Below, piece after piece: positions 32,967-42,976 of a stretch of 64,000 bases of DNA. Within the stretch, counting starts at the first letter, position 1, and each line of letters starts with the position of its first letter. This DNA comes from Methanobacteriota archaeon (lineage in GTDB: Archaea > Methanobacteriota > Methanobacteria > Methanobacteriales > Methanobacteriaceae): positions 672,001 to 736,000 of the forward strand of contig CAWBCJ010000029.1 of assembly GCA_963787255.1 (NCBI GenBank), given 5' to 3'. The translations under genes and the position numbers were made by a program. The notes under the pieces were generated by a model. It was not told the origin of the DNA. It saw nothing but the letters and a program-made list of their open reading frames with translations, and searched no databases.

Positions 32967-33404
32967 GTGATAGAAGTGAGACCACCATGTGAAATAGTTG
33001 TATGGTACGTAATTCCAAGTATACGGTCTGAATTGGCTAAAGAATTACTTAATTTAGGTATGAAACAAAAACAAATTTCTGAACTGCTGGATATTACTCA
33101 ACCTGCAGTATCACAGTATATAAGTGATAAAAGGGGACACGGAATTAAATTTGATGAAAATACTCAAAACATGATCAAAACTTTTGCAAGAGATTTAATG
33201 GAACAAAATCTGGAACAAGGGAGATGTAATACGCGAATATGTGAGATATGCAAGCACGTTAAAGCAGAAGAGGTTGTATGTCAACTGCATAAAGAAAAAG
33301 ATAACATTCCTGCAGGTTGTAATGCATGTATGGGATCAAAAAGGAATATAGATACCTGGATTACTGTATCTAATGGGTTCTTTTCTATTTATCCTCTAAA
33401 TTGA
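32967..33404 (+). CDS. XRE-like HTH transcriptional regulator (COG2522 / ThiR-N-terminal-like) with Cys-rich C-terminus
   Basis: RPPCEIVVWYVIPSIRSELAKEL...GMKQKQISELLDITQPAVSQYISDKRG; CEIC, CQLH, CNAC. Confidence 0.85.
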   Translation: MIEVRPPCEIVVWYVIPSIRSELAKELLNLGMKQKQISELLDITQPAVSQYISDKRGHGIKFDENTQNMIKTFARDLMEQNLEQGRCNTRICEICKHVKAEEVVCQLHKEKDNIPAGCNACMGSKRNIDTWITVSNGFFSIYPLN

Positions 33405-34768
33405 TGCCTAATATCTCTTAATCTGCTTCTTATTTCATCTGCAAGCTCATAATTCTTATTTTCACGGAGCTTTTCCCTTACATCAACCAGAATATTGACT
33501 AATTCATCATTGCGAATCTCCTTTGCAGGATTCAACTGAAAAATTAAGTCCCAAAATATCTCCGAATTCATTAAGTAATTCTTTTATTTCTTTAAATACA
33601 TTTTTAGAGATATTTTCTTCACTTATTCCTTTATTTATTTCTCTTATGAAATTAAAAAGTGCTGAAAGTGCAATAGGTGTATTAAAATCATTATCCATTG
33701 CATCCAAGAATTCATTTTTGGTATTTTCCAGCATTTTAAGGTATTCATTATTAGAATCACTATTTTTAGTTATATCCATTTCAAGGAATTCATCAACAGT
33801 TTCCATTAATTTATAAATTCTTTTCAAGCTATTCTGTGACTGCTGTAGAGCTTCATCGCTGAAGTCAATTGGACTTCTGTAATGAGTGGAAAGAACAAAA
33901 AATCTAAAGACCTGCGGGTCATATTCAGTGAGTAATTCTTCAATTGTAATAAAATTTCCAAGTGATTTGGACATTTTCTCCCCGCTGACATTTAAAAAGC
34001 CCGTATGCATCCAGTATTTAACCATTGGCTTTTTACCTGTTGCAGATTCCATCTGCGCGATTTCTGCCTCATGATGCGGGAAAATAAGATCTAATCCTCC
34101 ACCGTGAATGTCAAATTGGCCTCCAAAATAGGTTTCAGATATTGCAGTGTCTTCAATGTGCCATCCCGGTCTTCCATCGTCCCCATGGAGAAGCCCATGA
34201 TGGTTTGTCATCTCTCTTTTTCCAGAGTGCAAAATCTCCAGGATTTCTTTTTGTAGTATCTGGATTAACTCGATGAACATTTAGGTCTTCAATATTTCTA
34301 TTTGAGAGCTTTCCAAAGTCTTCAAAACGAGATTCATCAAAATAAATGCCAGTTGGAGGTTTCATAGGCAAAACTTTTCTTTATCAATGTTTGAATTTGA
34401 TTAATAATTTCGTTAAGGTGTTCCAGTGCCCTTGCATAATAATTAACGTTAGTTACACCTAATAATTCCATATCATGGAAATAGAGTTCTTCAAATTCCT
34501 TAGCAAGTTTTAATGGTTCAACACCAAGTTCATTTGCTCTTTTAATGATTTTATCGTCAATATCAGTGATATTTTGTAAATAAAAAATGCTGTACCCTTT
34601 ATATTTTAGATATCTTGCAATAATATCAAAAGCAATATAGGTTCTTCCATGACCAATATGTGATTTATCGTAAACTGTTGGCCCACATACAAACATTTTT
34701 ATTCTGTTTTCGTTTATAGGCGTGAATTCTTCCTTTTTACGGGTCATTGTATTGTATACTTTTATCAT
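33385..34768 (-). CDS. cysS: Cysteinyl-tRNA synthetase (class I), several apparent frameshifts
   Basis: VCGPTVYD..HIGH, NITDIDDK, DFALWK, GRPGWHIE, DIHGGGLDLIFPHHEAE, KMSKSLGN, DNDFNTP, ADEIRSRL. Confidence 0.92.
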
Positions 34769-35029
34769 AGGGCATCAAACTCGAAATTACTTAGAATTTC
34801 TTAAATTTGTTATAATCATCTTATATATGAAAATTAATATTGAAGTTGGATTTATATTCTTGTATTTTTAAAAGATGGTCAATTTTTATAATAAACTACA
34901 TTTGTTCAGTTTTTAAGATAAGATTTATTATAATAGATTATAATTAAATTAATTTAGAAAAATATCTAATTATTATTGATTATTTTCTCCTTCTGCAGCG
35001 AACAAACGAATTTTGTGAGCGAGGACTTT

Positions 35030-35066
35030 TTTGATCAATCCTTTTTTTCAAGGAAAAAAGGTTGAG
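35030..35066. repeat. Short palindromic element TTGATCAATCCTTTTTTTC-AAG-GAAAAAAGGTTG abutting the tRNA-Cys 3' end (terminator or repeat element)
   Basis: Inverted repeat read directly; shares a TGATCAA-CCTTT...AAAGGTTG core with the element at 38405-38430. Confidence 0.5.
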
Positions 35067-35137
35067 GGCCGAGATTGGGATTTGAACCCAAGTATCATGG
35101 TTTGCAGCCATGCACCTCGCCTCTCGGTCATCTCGGC
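35067..35137 (-). tRNA. tRNA-Cys(GCA), 71 nt, no intron, CCA not encoded
   Basis: GCCGAGA TG ACCG AGAGGCG AGGT G CATGG CT GCA AA CCATG ATAC TTGGG TTCAAAT CCCAA TCTCGGC C folds into a full cloverleaf. Confidence 0.95.
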
Positions 35138-35166
35138 AAATATATTTAATTGCGTTAGTTACTAAG

Positions 35167-35180
35167 TTAACAATTGTTAT
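35167..35180. promoter_or_regulatory. Palindromic operator TTAACAATTGTTAT overlapping the TATA box of the tRNA-Cys promoter
   Basis: Minus strand reads TTTATATAACAATTGTTAA, 30 nt upstream of the mature tRNA 5' end. Confidence 0.75.
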
Positions 35181-35334
35181 ATAAATACTTTGCTCCACTT
35201 GATCATTATTGTGTAACTTATCATAGATTTATTTTTAGATAATACTGTATTTACAAGAATGTTAGATAAAAACGGTTTTTAATTGTAGAAACATCACTCG
35301 TAAACTTTAAATAAGAAGAAAGTAGTTAAATATT

Positions 35335-35348
35335 ATAACAATTGTTAT
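35335..35348. promoter_or_regulatory. Perfect palindromic operator ATAACAATTGTTAT upstream of metY
   Basis: Read directly; follows TTAAATAT. Confidence 0.75.
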
Positions 35349-35502
35349 AAAAAATATGTTTATAAATTTTCATAGATTCAAACTTGAAATACTTATTTAC
35401 ATCTTCAAATACAAAATTGGGCAGTATAGAGCGATTTTAGGCTTCATTTAGAATCTATAGGTTATAGAATGCCAATAAAAACAAATTTATTGGAGGAATT
35501 AA

Positions 35503-36810
35503 ATGACAGAAGAAAAAAAGAAAGAATATGGATTAAGCACACTTGGATTACACGTAGGACAGGAAGAAGCATGCCCTGCAACAGGAGCAAGGGCAGTACC
35601 TATCTACCAAACATCATCATATGTTTTCAATGATGCAGAACATGCGGCAAATCTTTTTGCCTTAAAAGAATTTGGGAATATTTACACCCGTATAATGAAC
35701 CCTACAAATGATGTTTTTGAAAAAAGAATAGCTGCAGTTGAGGGAGGAAATGGAGCTTTAGCAGTGGCTTCTGGTCAAGCTGCAAACACCTATGCATTGT
35801 TAAACCTCAGTTTACCCGGTGATGAAATAGTTTCTGCAAATAACCTTTATGGTGGAACATATCAATTATTTAATTACACTTTTCCAGAATTAGGGCGAAA
35901 AGTGAATTTTGTAGAATCAACTGATCTTAAGGCAATTAAAAATGCAATTACAGACAAAACAAAAGCAATTTTCGCTGAATCAATAGGTAACCCTAAGTTA
36001 GATATACCTGATTACAAAGGAATAGCAGAAATTGCTCATAATGCAGGAATTCCTTTTGTAGTTGATAATACAACAGGAGTAGGGCTTGTAAAACCTATAG
36101 AACACGGAGCAGATATAACAACACTTTCTGCAACAAAATTCATTGGAGGACATGGTACATCCATTGGCGGGGTAATTGTTGATTCTGGAAACTTTAATTG
36201 GGGTAATGGTAATTTCCCTATTTTAACTGACCCTGATCCAAGTTATCATGGCCTAAAATTCTGGGAAACATTCGGAGATTTCCCGGGACTTGGAAATGTT
36301 GCTTACATAATGAGAGCAAGAGTAAGGCTCCTTCGTGACATGGGGGCAGCTTTAAGTCCTTTCAATGGGTTCCTATTTTTACAGGGACTTGAAACACTGG
36401 ATTTAAGAGTTAAGAAACATTCAGAAAATGCATTTGAAGTTGCAAAATTCTTAAAAGATCACCCTTCAGTAAATTGGGTAACTTATCCCGGATTTGAAGA
36501 TGATCCGGCCCATGAACTAGCTTCTAAATATTTAAACGGAGGATACGGGGCTTTAATAGGATTTGGTATCAGAGGCGGACTTGAAGCCGGTAAAAAGTTC
36601 ATTGAAAATACTGAACTCTTATCCCATCTTGCAAACATTGGAGATGCAAAGAGTCTGGTTATTCACCCTGCTTCAACAACGCATCAACAGTTAACTCCCG
36701 AGCAACAGGCAGAAACAGGAGTTACAGAAGACTTTGTAAGGCTTTCCATTGGTCTTGAAAACGTTGAAGATATAATTGCAGATATAGATCAGGCATTATC
36801 TAAAATATAA
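35503..36810 (+). CDS. metY: O-acetylhomoserine aminocarboxypropyltransferase (sulfhydrylase)
   Basis: [33 protein letters not shown] (PLP Lys), [21 protein letters not shown]. Confidence 0.93.
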   Translation: MTEEKKKEYGLSTLGLHVGQEEACPATGARAVPIYQTSSYVFNDAEHAANLFALKEFGNIYTRIMNPTNDVFEKRIAAVEGGNGALAVASGQAANTYALLNLSLPGDEIVSANNLYGGTYQLFNYTFPELGRKVNFVESTDLKAIKNAITDKTKAIFAESIGNPKLDIPDYKGIAEIAHNAGIPFVVDNTTGVGLVKPIEHGADITTLSATKFIGGHGTSIGGVIVDSGNFNWGNGNFPILTDPDPSYHGLKFWETFGDFPGLGNVAYIMRARVRLLRDMGAALSPFNGFLFLQGLETLDLRVKKHSENAFEVAKFLKDHPSVNWVTYPGFEDDPAHELASKYLNGGYGALIGFGIRGGLEAGKKFIENTELLSHLANIGDAKSLVIHPASTTHQQLTPEQQAETGVTEDFVRLSIGLENVEDIIADIDQALSKI

Positions 36811-36866
36811 CTGAAAAATTTTGATAGTCCAAAAATCTAATAATAAAACTGGACATATCCAATATT

Positions 36867-38351
36867 ATGGGATTTAGAAAAATGAAAAAGGAATCAGTTG
36901 GACTCGCTAAAACGCAGTACTATAATCTTTCTGAGGATTTAACACTGGAAGGTGGAGGTAAGCTTAAAGAAGCTACAATAGCCTATGAAACCTACGGTAA
37001 ATTAAATAAGGAAAAAAGTAATGCGATTTTAATCTGTCATGCGCTTTCGGGAGATGCTCACGTTGCTGGATGGCACGATGGAGACCGAAAACCCGGCTGG
37101 TGGGACAGTATAATCGGTCCCGGAAAATGTCTGGATACAGATAAGTATTTTATAATCTGTTCCAATGTTATTGGGGGCTGTAAAGGTTCTACTGGCCCTT
37201 CTTCAACTAATCCTGAAACTAATGAACCATATGGGCTTGATTTTCCAATTATAACCATTTCGGACATGGTTGATGCCCAAAAGAAGTTAATTGATCACCT
37301 TTCTATAAAACAGCTCTTTGCAATTGTGGGCGGATCAATGGGAGGAATGCAGGTACTTCAATGGTGCGTTTCTTATCCAGATATGGTAAAATTAGCTATT
37401 CCTATAGCTACGGCAGCTAATTCTGCCCCACAACAAATTGCTTTTAATGAAGTAGGTAGAAGGGCAATTATATCTGATCCAAAATGGAATGGTGGTTCTT
37501 ATTACTCTGGAGAAGTTCCTAAGGAGGGATTAGGCCTTGCCAGGATGATAGGGCATATTACATACCTTAGTTATGAGTCAATGTACCAGAAGTTCGGTAG
37601 AAGACTTCAGGATAAGGAAAAATACAGTTTTGACTTTTCACTTGATTTTCAGGTGGAAAGCTATCTCCACTATCAGGGAGAATCCTTTGTTAAAAGATTC
37701 GATGCTAATTCATATCTCTACATAACAAAAGCAATAGATTATTTCGACCTTACAAAGAATGGGTCTCTTTCTGAAGGATTTGAAGATGTAGGGGCAAAAT
37801 TCCTGGTTATTTCAGTGGATTCTGACTGGCTTTACCCTCCAGCACAATCAAAAGAGATTGTAATGGCATTAACAGCAAATAACATAGATGTAAGCTATCA
37901 TGAGCTTAAATCTCCCTACGGGCATGATGCGTTCCTTCTAGAAGAGGGCCAATTAAATTACATTGTAAGTGGATTTCTCTCAGATATTCTCGTAGGGGAC
38001 GTAATGGCAACCGAAGTAACTAAAATCGGTGAAGAATCAAGTATGGATGAAGCAGCAAGGCTTATGCTTGAAAATAAAGTCACTCATTTACCTGTAGTTT
38101 CAGATGGTGATAAATTAATAGGAATTGTGACTGCATGGGATATTTCAAAGGCTGTTGCCTTAAAATGCAGTAAATTAGACGAAATAATGACGAAAGGAGT
38201 CATAGTGTCTAAACCTGACGACCAAATAGAAAAAGCAGCAGAGAAGATGAAAAAATACAATATTTCCTCCCTTCCTGTTGTGGATGATAATCAAAAAGTT
38301 ATTGGAATTATAACAACTGATCACATAAGCACGCTAATAACACGAGACTAA
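36867..38351 (+). CDS. metX: Homoserine O-acetyltransferase fused to a C-terminal CBS pair
   Basis: [38 protein letters not shown]; CBS domains HLPVV...GIVT and SLPVVD...GIIT. Confidence 0.92.
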   Translation: MGFRKMKKESVGLAKTQYYNLSEDLTLEGGGKLKEATIAYETYGKLNKEKSNAILICHALSGDAHVAGWHDGDRKPGWWDSIIGPGKCLDTDKYFIICSNVIGGCKGSTGPSSTNPETNEPYGLDFPIITISDMVDAQKKLIDHLSIKQLFAIVGGSMGGMQVLQWCVSYPDMVKLAIPIATAANSAPQQIAFNEVGRRAIISDPKWNGGSYYSGEVPKEGLGLARMIGHITYLSYESMYQKFGRRLQDKEKYSFDFSLDFQVESYLHYQGESFVKRFDANSYLYITKAIDYFDLTKNGSLSEGFEDVGAKFLVISVDSDWLYPPAQSKEIVMALTANNIDVSYHELKSPYGHDAFLLEEGQLNYIVSGFLSDILVGDVMATEVTKIGEESSMDEAARLMLENKVTHLPVVSDGDKLIGIVTAWDISKAVALKCSKLDEIMTKGVIVSKPDDQIEKAAEKMKKYNISSLPVVDDNQKVIGIITTDHISTLITRD

Positions 38352-38395
38352 TGGAAAAAACTTATCATAATTAATGTTCATATTAAAATTAAGAA

Positions 38396-38454
38396 TTTAT
38401 GAGGATGCAACCTTTGGAAAGGTTGATCATTCATAAAGATTGATCATCCATAAA
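38396..38454. repeat. Inverted repeat (CAACCTTT-GG-AAAGGTTG within a longer imperfect hairpin) plus 15-bp direct repeat TTGATCATYCATAAA between metX and iscS
   Basis: Read directly: core 38408-38425; direct repeats at 38423-38437 and 38440-38454. Confidence 0.55.
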
Positions 38455-38506
38455 ATTCGTTTATATATTAATTTACAGTAAAAAAAATAATTTATGAGGT
38501 GAAATA

Positions 38507-39679
38507 ATGATTTATATGGATCATTCAGCTACATCACCAGTTGATCCTAAAGTTTTTGAAGCAATGAAGCCTTATTTTGTGGAAGAATTTGGAAATGCTT
38601 CTACATTATACTCTCTTGGAAGAGATGCAAGAAAAGCAATGGAAAATGCAAGAGCACAGGTTGCTTCACTTATAGGAGCAAAAACTGAAGAAATTATTTT
38701 TACAAGTGGTGGAACAGAATCTGATAACATCGCCATTAAAGGTACAGCTTACAGATTAAAAGATAAAGGAAATCATATAGTAACAAGTGCTATAGAGCAC
38801 CCTGCAGTTGAAGAAACGTGTATATATTTAGAGAAAAATGGTTTTGAGGTCACATATCTTCCTGTTTACGAAGAAGGGATTGTTAGGGTATCTGATTTAG
38901 AAGATGCAATAACTGATAAAACTATTTTAATCACAATCATGCATGCAAACAACGAAATTGGTACAATCCAGCCAATAGCAGAAATTGGTAAAATAGCAAG
39001 GGAAAAAAAGATTTATTTCCACACAGATGCAGTACAGACTGTTGGAAAAATACCGGTAGTTGTTGAAGAATTAAATGTGGACATGCTTTCACTTTCAGCA
39101 CATAAAGTTTATGGCCCAAAGGGAATAGGTGCACTTTACGTTAAAAAAGGAGTTAGATTAGAGCCTATTGTCCACGGCGGTGGCCATGAAAAGGGTTTAA
39201 GGCCTGGAACAGAAAATGTATCAGGAATTGTTGGTCTAGGTAAAGCATGTGAAATTGCAGAAAAAAACCTCACCGATAATGCGAAATATATAACAAATTT
39301 GAGGAACAAATTAATAAAAGGAGTACTGGATTCGGTAGAACAATCTTATCTAAATGGACATCCCACAATGAGACTACCTAATAATGTAAACTTCAGATTT
39401 ACAGGTATCGAAGGTGAATCGCTGGTATTACACCTTGATTCTAAAGGAATAGCAGGTTCAACTGGTTCTGCATGTTCTTCAAAGAAATTAGAGCCATCAC
39501 ACGTTTTAACAGCAATTGGTCTGAAGGAAGTTGACGCTCATGGATCACTGCGTCTAACACTTGGAAAAGACAACACTGAAGAAGATGTTGAACATGCGAT
39601 AAAATCAATTCAAGAAGTGGTTGAAACCCTTAGAAAACTCTCTCCTCTCTGGTGTGCGGTGCCAGATACAAAAACATGA
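38507..39679 (+). CDS. iscS: Cysteine desulfurase (IscS/NifS type)
   Basis: IYMDHSAT, FTSGGTESDN, HTDAVQ, SAHKVYGPKG, GSACSS. Confidence 0.93.
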   Translation: MIYMDHSATSPVDPKVFEAMKPYFVEEFGNASTLYSLGRDARKAMENARAQVASLIGAKTEEIIFTSGGTESDNIAIKGTAYRLKDKGNHIVTSAIEHPAVEETCIYLEKNGFEVTYLPVYEEGIVRVSDLEDAITDKTILITIMHANNEIGTIQPIAEIGKIAREKKIYFHTDAVQTVGKIPVVVEELNVDMLSLSAHKVYGPKGIGALYVKKGVRLEPIVHGGGHEKGLRPGTENVSGIVGLGKACEIAEKNLTDNAKYITNLRNKLIKGVLDSVEQSYLNGHPTMRLPNNVNFRFTGIEGESLVLHLDSKGIAGSTGSACSSKKLEPSHVLTAIGLKEVDAHGSLRLTLGKDNTEEDVEHAIKSIQEVVETLRKLSPLWCAVPDTKT

Positions 39680-39716
39680 AAATAAAGTTAATTTATGTGT
39701 ATTAGAGGTTGATTAT

Positions 39717-40127
39717 ATGTATAGTGATAAAGTAATGGAACATTTTCAAAACCCCCGGAATGTTGGCGAAATAGAAGATGCAGACGGTGTTGGAACAGTA
39801 GGAAACCCAACATGTGGAGATCTGATGACGATCTACATTAAAGTAAAAGACGACGTAATTGAAGATATTAAATTTAAAACCTTCGGCTGCGGCGCAGCCA
39901 TTGCAACAAGCAGTATGGTAACTGAAATGGCAATGGGAAAAACAGTAGATGAAGCCTTAAAAATCACAAGAAACGATGTCGCAGATAAACTGGAAGGGCT
40001 TCCACCAGTTAAAATGCACTGTTCTAACCTTGCAGCCGATGCATTACATGCTGCAATTGATAATTACAGGGGAAATAAAGGGGAAAAGACAGAAAAGCAT
40101 ATCTGTACAACGTGCGAAGAAGAATAA
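39717..40127 (+). CDS. iscU: Fe-S scaffold IscU/NifU-N (minimal two-gene Fe-S system)
   Basis: MYSDKVMEHFQNPRNVG, GNPTCGD, FGCGAAIA, LPPVKMHCSNLA; RBS GAGGT. Confidence 0.93.
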   Translation: MYSDKVMEHFQNPRNVGEIEDADGVGTVGNPTCGDLMTIYIKVKDDVIEDIKFKTFGCGAAIATSSMVTEMAMGKTVDEALKITRNDVADKLEGLPPVKMHCSNLAADALHAAIDNYRGNKGEKTEKHICTTCEEE

Positions 40128-40142
40128 ATTCTTTTTTATAAT

Positions 40143-40580
40143 TTAAATTAATTCTATTTTATCTCCTTTTTTTATATTCCCGCTTTTAATTACTCTTGCA
40201 AATATGCCTTCTTTTGGCATTATGCAATCTCCAGCTTGATGATAGATTGCACAACGTGTATGGCACTCTTTACCAATTTGAGTAACTTCAAGAATTACTT
40301 CTTCTCCTACAAGTAGCTTTGTGCCTATTGGTAAAGCAGTTAGATCAATTCTTTCAGTAGTTAGATTTTCTGCAAAATCTCCAGGATTAACATTTAAGCC
40401 CATTTCACGCATTTTATCAATACTTTCTATTGCAAGTAAACTAATCTGTCTATGAGTGCTGGAATCTGCATGAGCATCGCCATCGATGCCGTAATTTTCT
40501 TCAATAACCGCCTTTTCAACGTTGTTTTTTTTAACTTGTTTTCTATCACTTGTAGAAATTGCTATTATTTTTGCAGTCAT
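40143..40580 (-). CDS. MOSC domain protein (putative sulfur carrier)
   Basis: GDAHA..HRQISLL, PGDFAENLT, TQIGKECHTRCAI...CIMPKEGIF. Confidence 0.88.
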   Translation of the reverse strand: MTAKIIAISTSDRKQVKKNNVEKAVIEENYGIDGDAHADSSTHRQISLLAIESIDKMREMGLNVNPGDFAENLTTERIDLTALPIGTKLLVGEEVILEVTQIGKECHTRCAIYHQAGDCIMPKEGIFARVIKSGNIKKGDKIELI

Positions 40581-40646
40581 AATATCTTTTTTTAAAATAA
40601 GAGTAAAATAGAAAAAAGAAGTAGGCATTGAATCCTTTCTTGTGTA

Positions 40647-41462
40647 TTATTTAGCTATTGCAGCTTCGCTGGTTTTAACTTTGCTGTTTTTAAGTTTCTC
40701 TATAATTAATTCAGCAACCTTTTCACCAGAAAGAAGCATTCCTCCGAAGGTAGGGCCCATTCTTGGCTGGCCGTAGGCGGTTGCAACTGACATTCCAGTC
40801 ACATAGAGTCCGGGGAAGATTTCTTTTGTATGTTCAACGATGGCATCTTCTGATTTTTCAACCCACATTCCGCCGAATCCTTTGATATCTACAAGCCCAC
40901 GCTCTTCTAAAGATTTTACAACAACTGCATCATGACCAGTTGCATCAATTACAATTTTTGACTCGATTGCAACGGGATCTACACATGTTATGGCTCTTGG
41001 AAGTGCAGATACTGGTGTCCAGTTCATAACAATACCATTTACGTGTTCATCTCTTAAAACGACGTCGTCGAATTTTGTCATATTAATTACTTTCGCACCT
41101 GCGTCCAGTGCGCTTGCTATGAGTTTTGAACATGCGTGAGGTCCGTCTGTGACATATAATCCGTCTTTTACTTTTTTGTATGGTACACCAATTTCGTCTA
41201 ATATCTTTTGACCTGGTTCTCTTACAGTTAGTTTGTTCATGAGGTAACCGCCTATCCAGAAACCTCCGCCTAGATAATTGTTGCTTTCTATAAGGAGTGT
41301 TTTTACGCCTGCTTCGCCGAGTTTTTTTGCAGCTACAAGTCCGCTGGGGCCTGCTCCAACGATAATTACGTCACTTTCTATATATTCTATAAATTCGTTT
41401 GCAAATCCTTCAACAATGGCTTTTGTCACATCTTTTTCTGATATCTTTGAAAAAATTTTCAT
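40647..41462 (-). CDS. thi4: Thi4 thiazole synthase, Cys-type (TCVDP)
   Basis: [45 protein letters not shown]. Confidence 0.92.
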   Translation of the reverse strand: MKIFSKISEKDVTKAIVEGFANEFIEYIESDVIIVGAGPSGLVAAKKLGEAGVKTLLIESNNYLGGGFWIGGYLMNKLTVREPGQKILDEIGVPYKKVKDGLYVTDGPHACSKLIASALDAGAKVINMTKFDDVVLRDEHVNGIVMNWTPVSALPRAITCVDPVAIESKIVIDATGHDAVVVKSLEERGLVDIKGFGGMWVEKSEDAIVEHTKEIFPGLYVTGMSVATAYGQPRMGPTFGGMLLSGEKVAELIIEKLKNSKVKTSEAAIAK

Positions 41463-41483
41463 AGTTAATCCTCGTCAATTTAC

Positions 41484-41511
41484 TTAACAATAGTTATATA
41501 ACAATTGTTAC
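41484..41511. promoter_or_regulatory. Two abutting operators (TTAACAATAGTTAT, ATAACAATTGTTAC) directly downstream of the thi4 TATA box
   Basis: Minus strand TTTATAAGTAACAATTGTTATATAACTATTGTTAA. Confidence 0.78.
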
Positions 41512-41591
41512 TTATAAATTTTATGAATGTTCCCTAAAAAACAAAAATAGATTATAAATAATAAAAAAAAGGTAAAAAGAGAAATTAGAGC

Positions 41592-42743
41592 TTATTTCGC
41601 TCTGGTTTTAATGGATGAAACAACTTCTTCAACCTTTTCTTCAAAATCAATATCTTCTAGAACATCTAAAAACTGTTCTAGATCTGCATTGGTTTCAGGA
41701 TATTTTGGAACTGCTGTACATCCTGGCGCTGGAAGAATTGATATTTCGAAGGTACCTATTTTTTTACCTATATTTTCAATTTCAATCTTATCCATACCAA
41801 TTAAAGGACTTAAAACAGGCATTTTGGTAACGTACCTTGTAGCAAGTAAATTAGGGAGTGTTTGGGAAGCTACCTGTCCTAAACTACTTCCATCAATAAT
41901 TGCAAGTGCTTCTTCCTTTTTAGCAATTTCTTCTGCTATACGGTACATTCCACTTTTACATAGGACGCAGGTAAGGCGAACAGGCGCATCTTCAACGCAT
42001 GATTTTAGATAATCTCCATAATCTGCCTCCAAAAACTTCAATTTTGATGGAGCGTATTCTGAGAGTTTTTCAATGATCTTAAGAACCTTTGCATTTGACC
42101 CTCCGGTGTAGGGATAGTTGTTAAAATGAAGAACTATGACTTCACATCCTCTTTTCATCATTAAAAAGGCAGATACAGGGGAATCAATACCTCCAGAAAC
42201 TAGAGCTATCACTTTTCCCTGAGTTCCCACTGGAAGGCCTCCAATTCCCTGTATTTTTTCATGGAAAATGTAAGTTTTATTTTCCCTTACCTCCACAAAG
42301 AATTTAAAATCAGGTTTACTTAAATTAACAGGAGCACCTGTTTTTTTAACGATTACTGAGCCGCAGAATCCGGCCATCTCCTGACTTGTAAATTCATGAG
42401 TTCCTACTCTTCTCCCACGCACTGCAAATGATTTAGTTCCATCAAATAATCCTTCAGAAATTAGATCATCAACATATTTGTTTAAAGTTTCTTCTATACT
42501 ATCAAAATCAGTTTCAGTAGAAACTGCAGGGCTGTATGAAACTACACCGATTGCCTTACTTAAAGCAGCATTTGCTTCTTTAAAATTCTTTGGAAATAAA
42601 AATATCCTTCCCTGATTAATCTCTATTTTGCAGTCAAGCTTTTTTTTAATGTTAGAAATGAGCTTATTTTCAAATCTACGCCTTACTTTTGGGCTTTTAA
42701 CTCCAATTTCTCCGTATCTTACAATTATTAAATCATAATCCAT
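41592..42743 (-). CDS. thiI: tRNA 4-thiouridine synthase, methanogen Fe-S type without rhodanese domain
   Basis: RYGEIGVK, THUMP domain, GGLPVGTQG, SGGIDSPV, CVLC, LGQVASQT, PGC. Confidence 0.93.
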   Translation of the reverse strand: MDYDLIIVRYGEIGVKSPKVRRRFENKLISNIKKKLDCKIEINQGRIFLFPKNFKEANAALSKAIGVVSYSPAVSTETDFDSIEETLNKYVDDLISEGLFDGTKSFAVRGRRVGTHEFTSQEMAGFCGSVIVKKTGAPVNLSKPDFKFFVEVRENKTYIFHEKIQGIGGLPVGTQGKVIALVSGGIDSPVSAFLMMKRGCEVIVLHFNNYPYTGGSNAKVLKIIEKLSEYAPSKLKFLEADYGDYLKSCVEDAPVRLTCVLCKSGMYRIAEEIAKKEEALAIIDGSSLGQVASQTLPNLLATRYVTKMPVLSPLIGMDKIEIENIGKKIGTFEISILPAPGCTAVPKYPETNADLEQFLDVLEDIDFEEKVEEVVSSIKTRAK

Positions 42744-42940
42744 TTAAATTTCTCCTTTGGATTTTTTAAAATTTCATTTATTTAATTTAACGATTTACTT
42801 TTTAGTTCGTAATATTCCATTTATTTTAGTAAAATGATGAAATGAGCATTAAAAATGTTATTGATATTATTAGTCAAATTTATGTGTTATATCTTGTAAA
42901 TAGTTGATATTTTTTGGGGGTAAATAAAAAAATAATAAGT

Positions 42941-42965
42941 AAAGGTTAATAACTTTTTAACCTTT
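42941..42965. terminator. Hairpin AAAGGTTAA...TTAACCTTT just downstream of the cystathionine lyase/synthase stop
   Basis: Inverted repeat followed on the minus strand by T-rich runs. Confidence 0.4.
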
Positions 42966-42976
42966 TAGAATTGATT

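Noticed and set aside
31150-34400. Programmed frameshifting or phase variation as sulfur-dependent control of cysK/cysE/cysS
   Set aside because: No consistent slippery site, and the same kind of break occurs in unrelated genes (hemA, mptD, GT-C); assembly error is more parsimonious
34980-35198. 72-aa minus-strand ORF
   Set aside because: Overlaps the tRNA-Cys gene and its promoter; spurious
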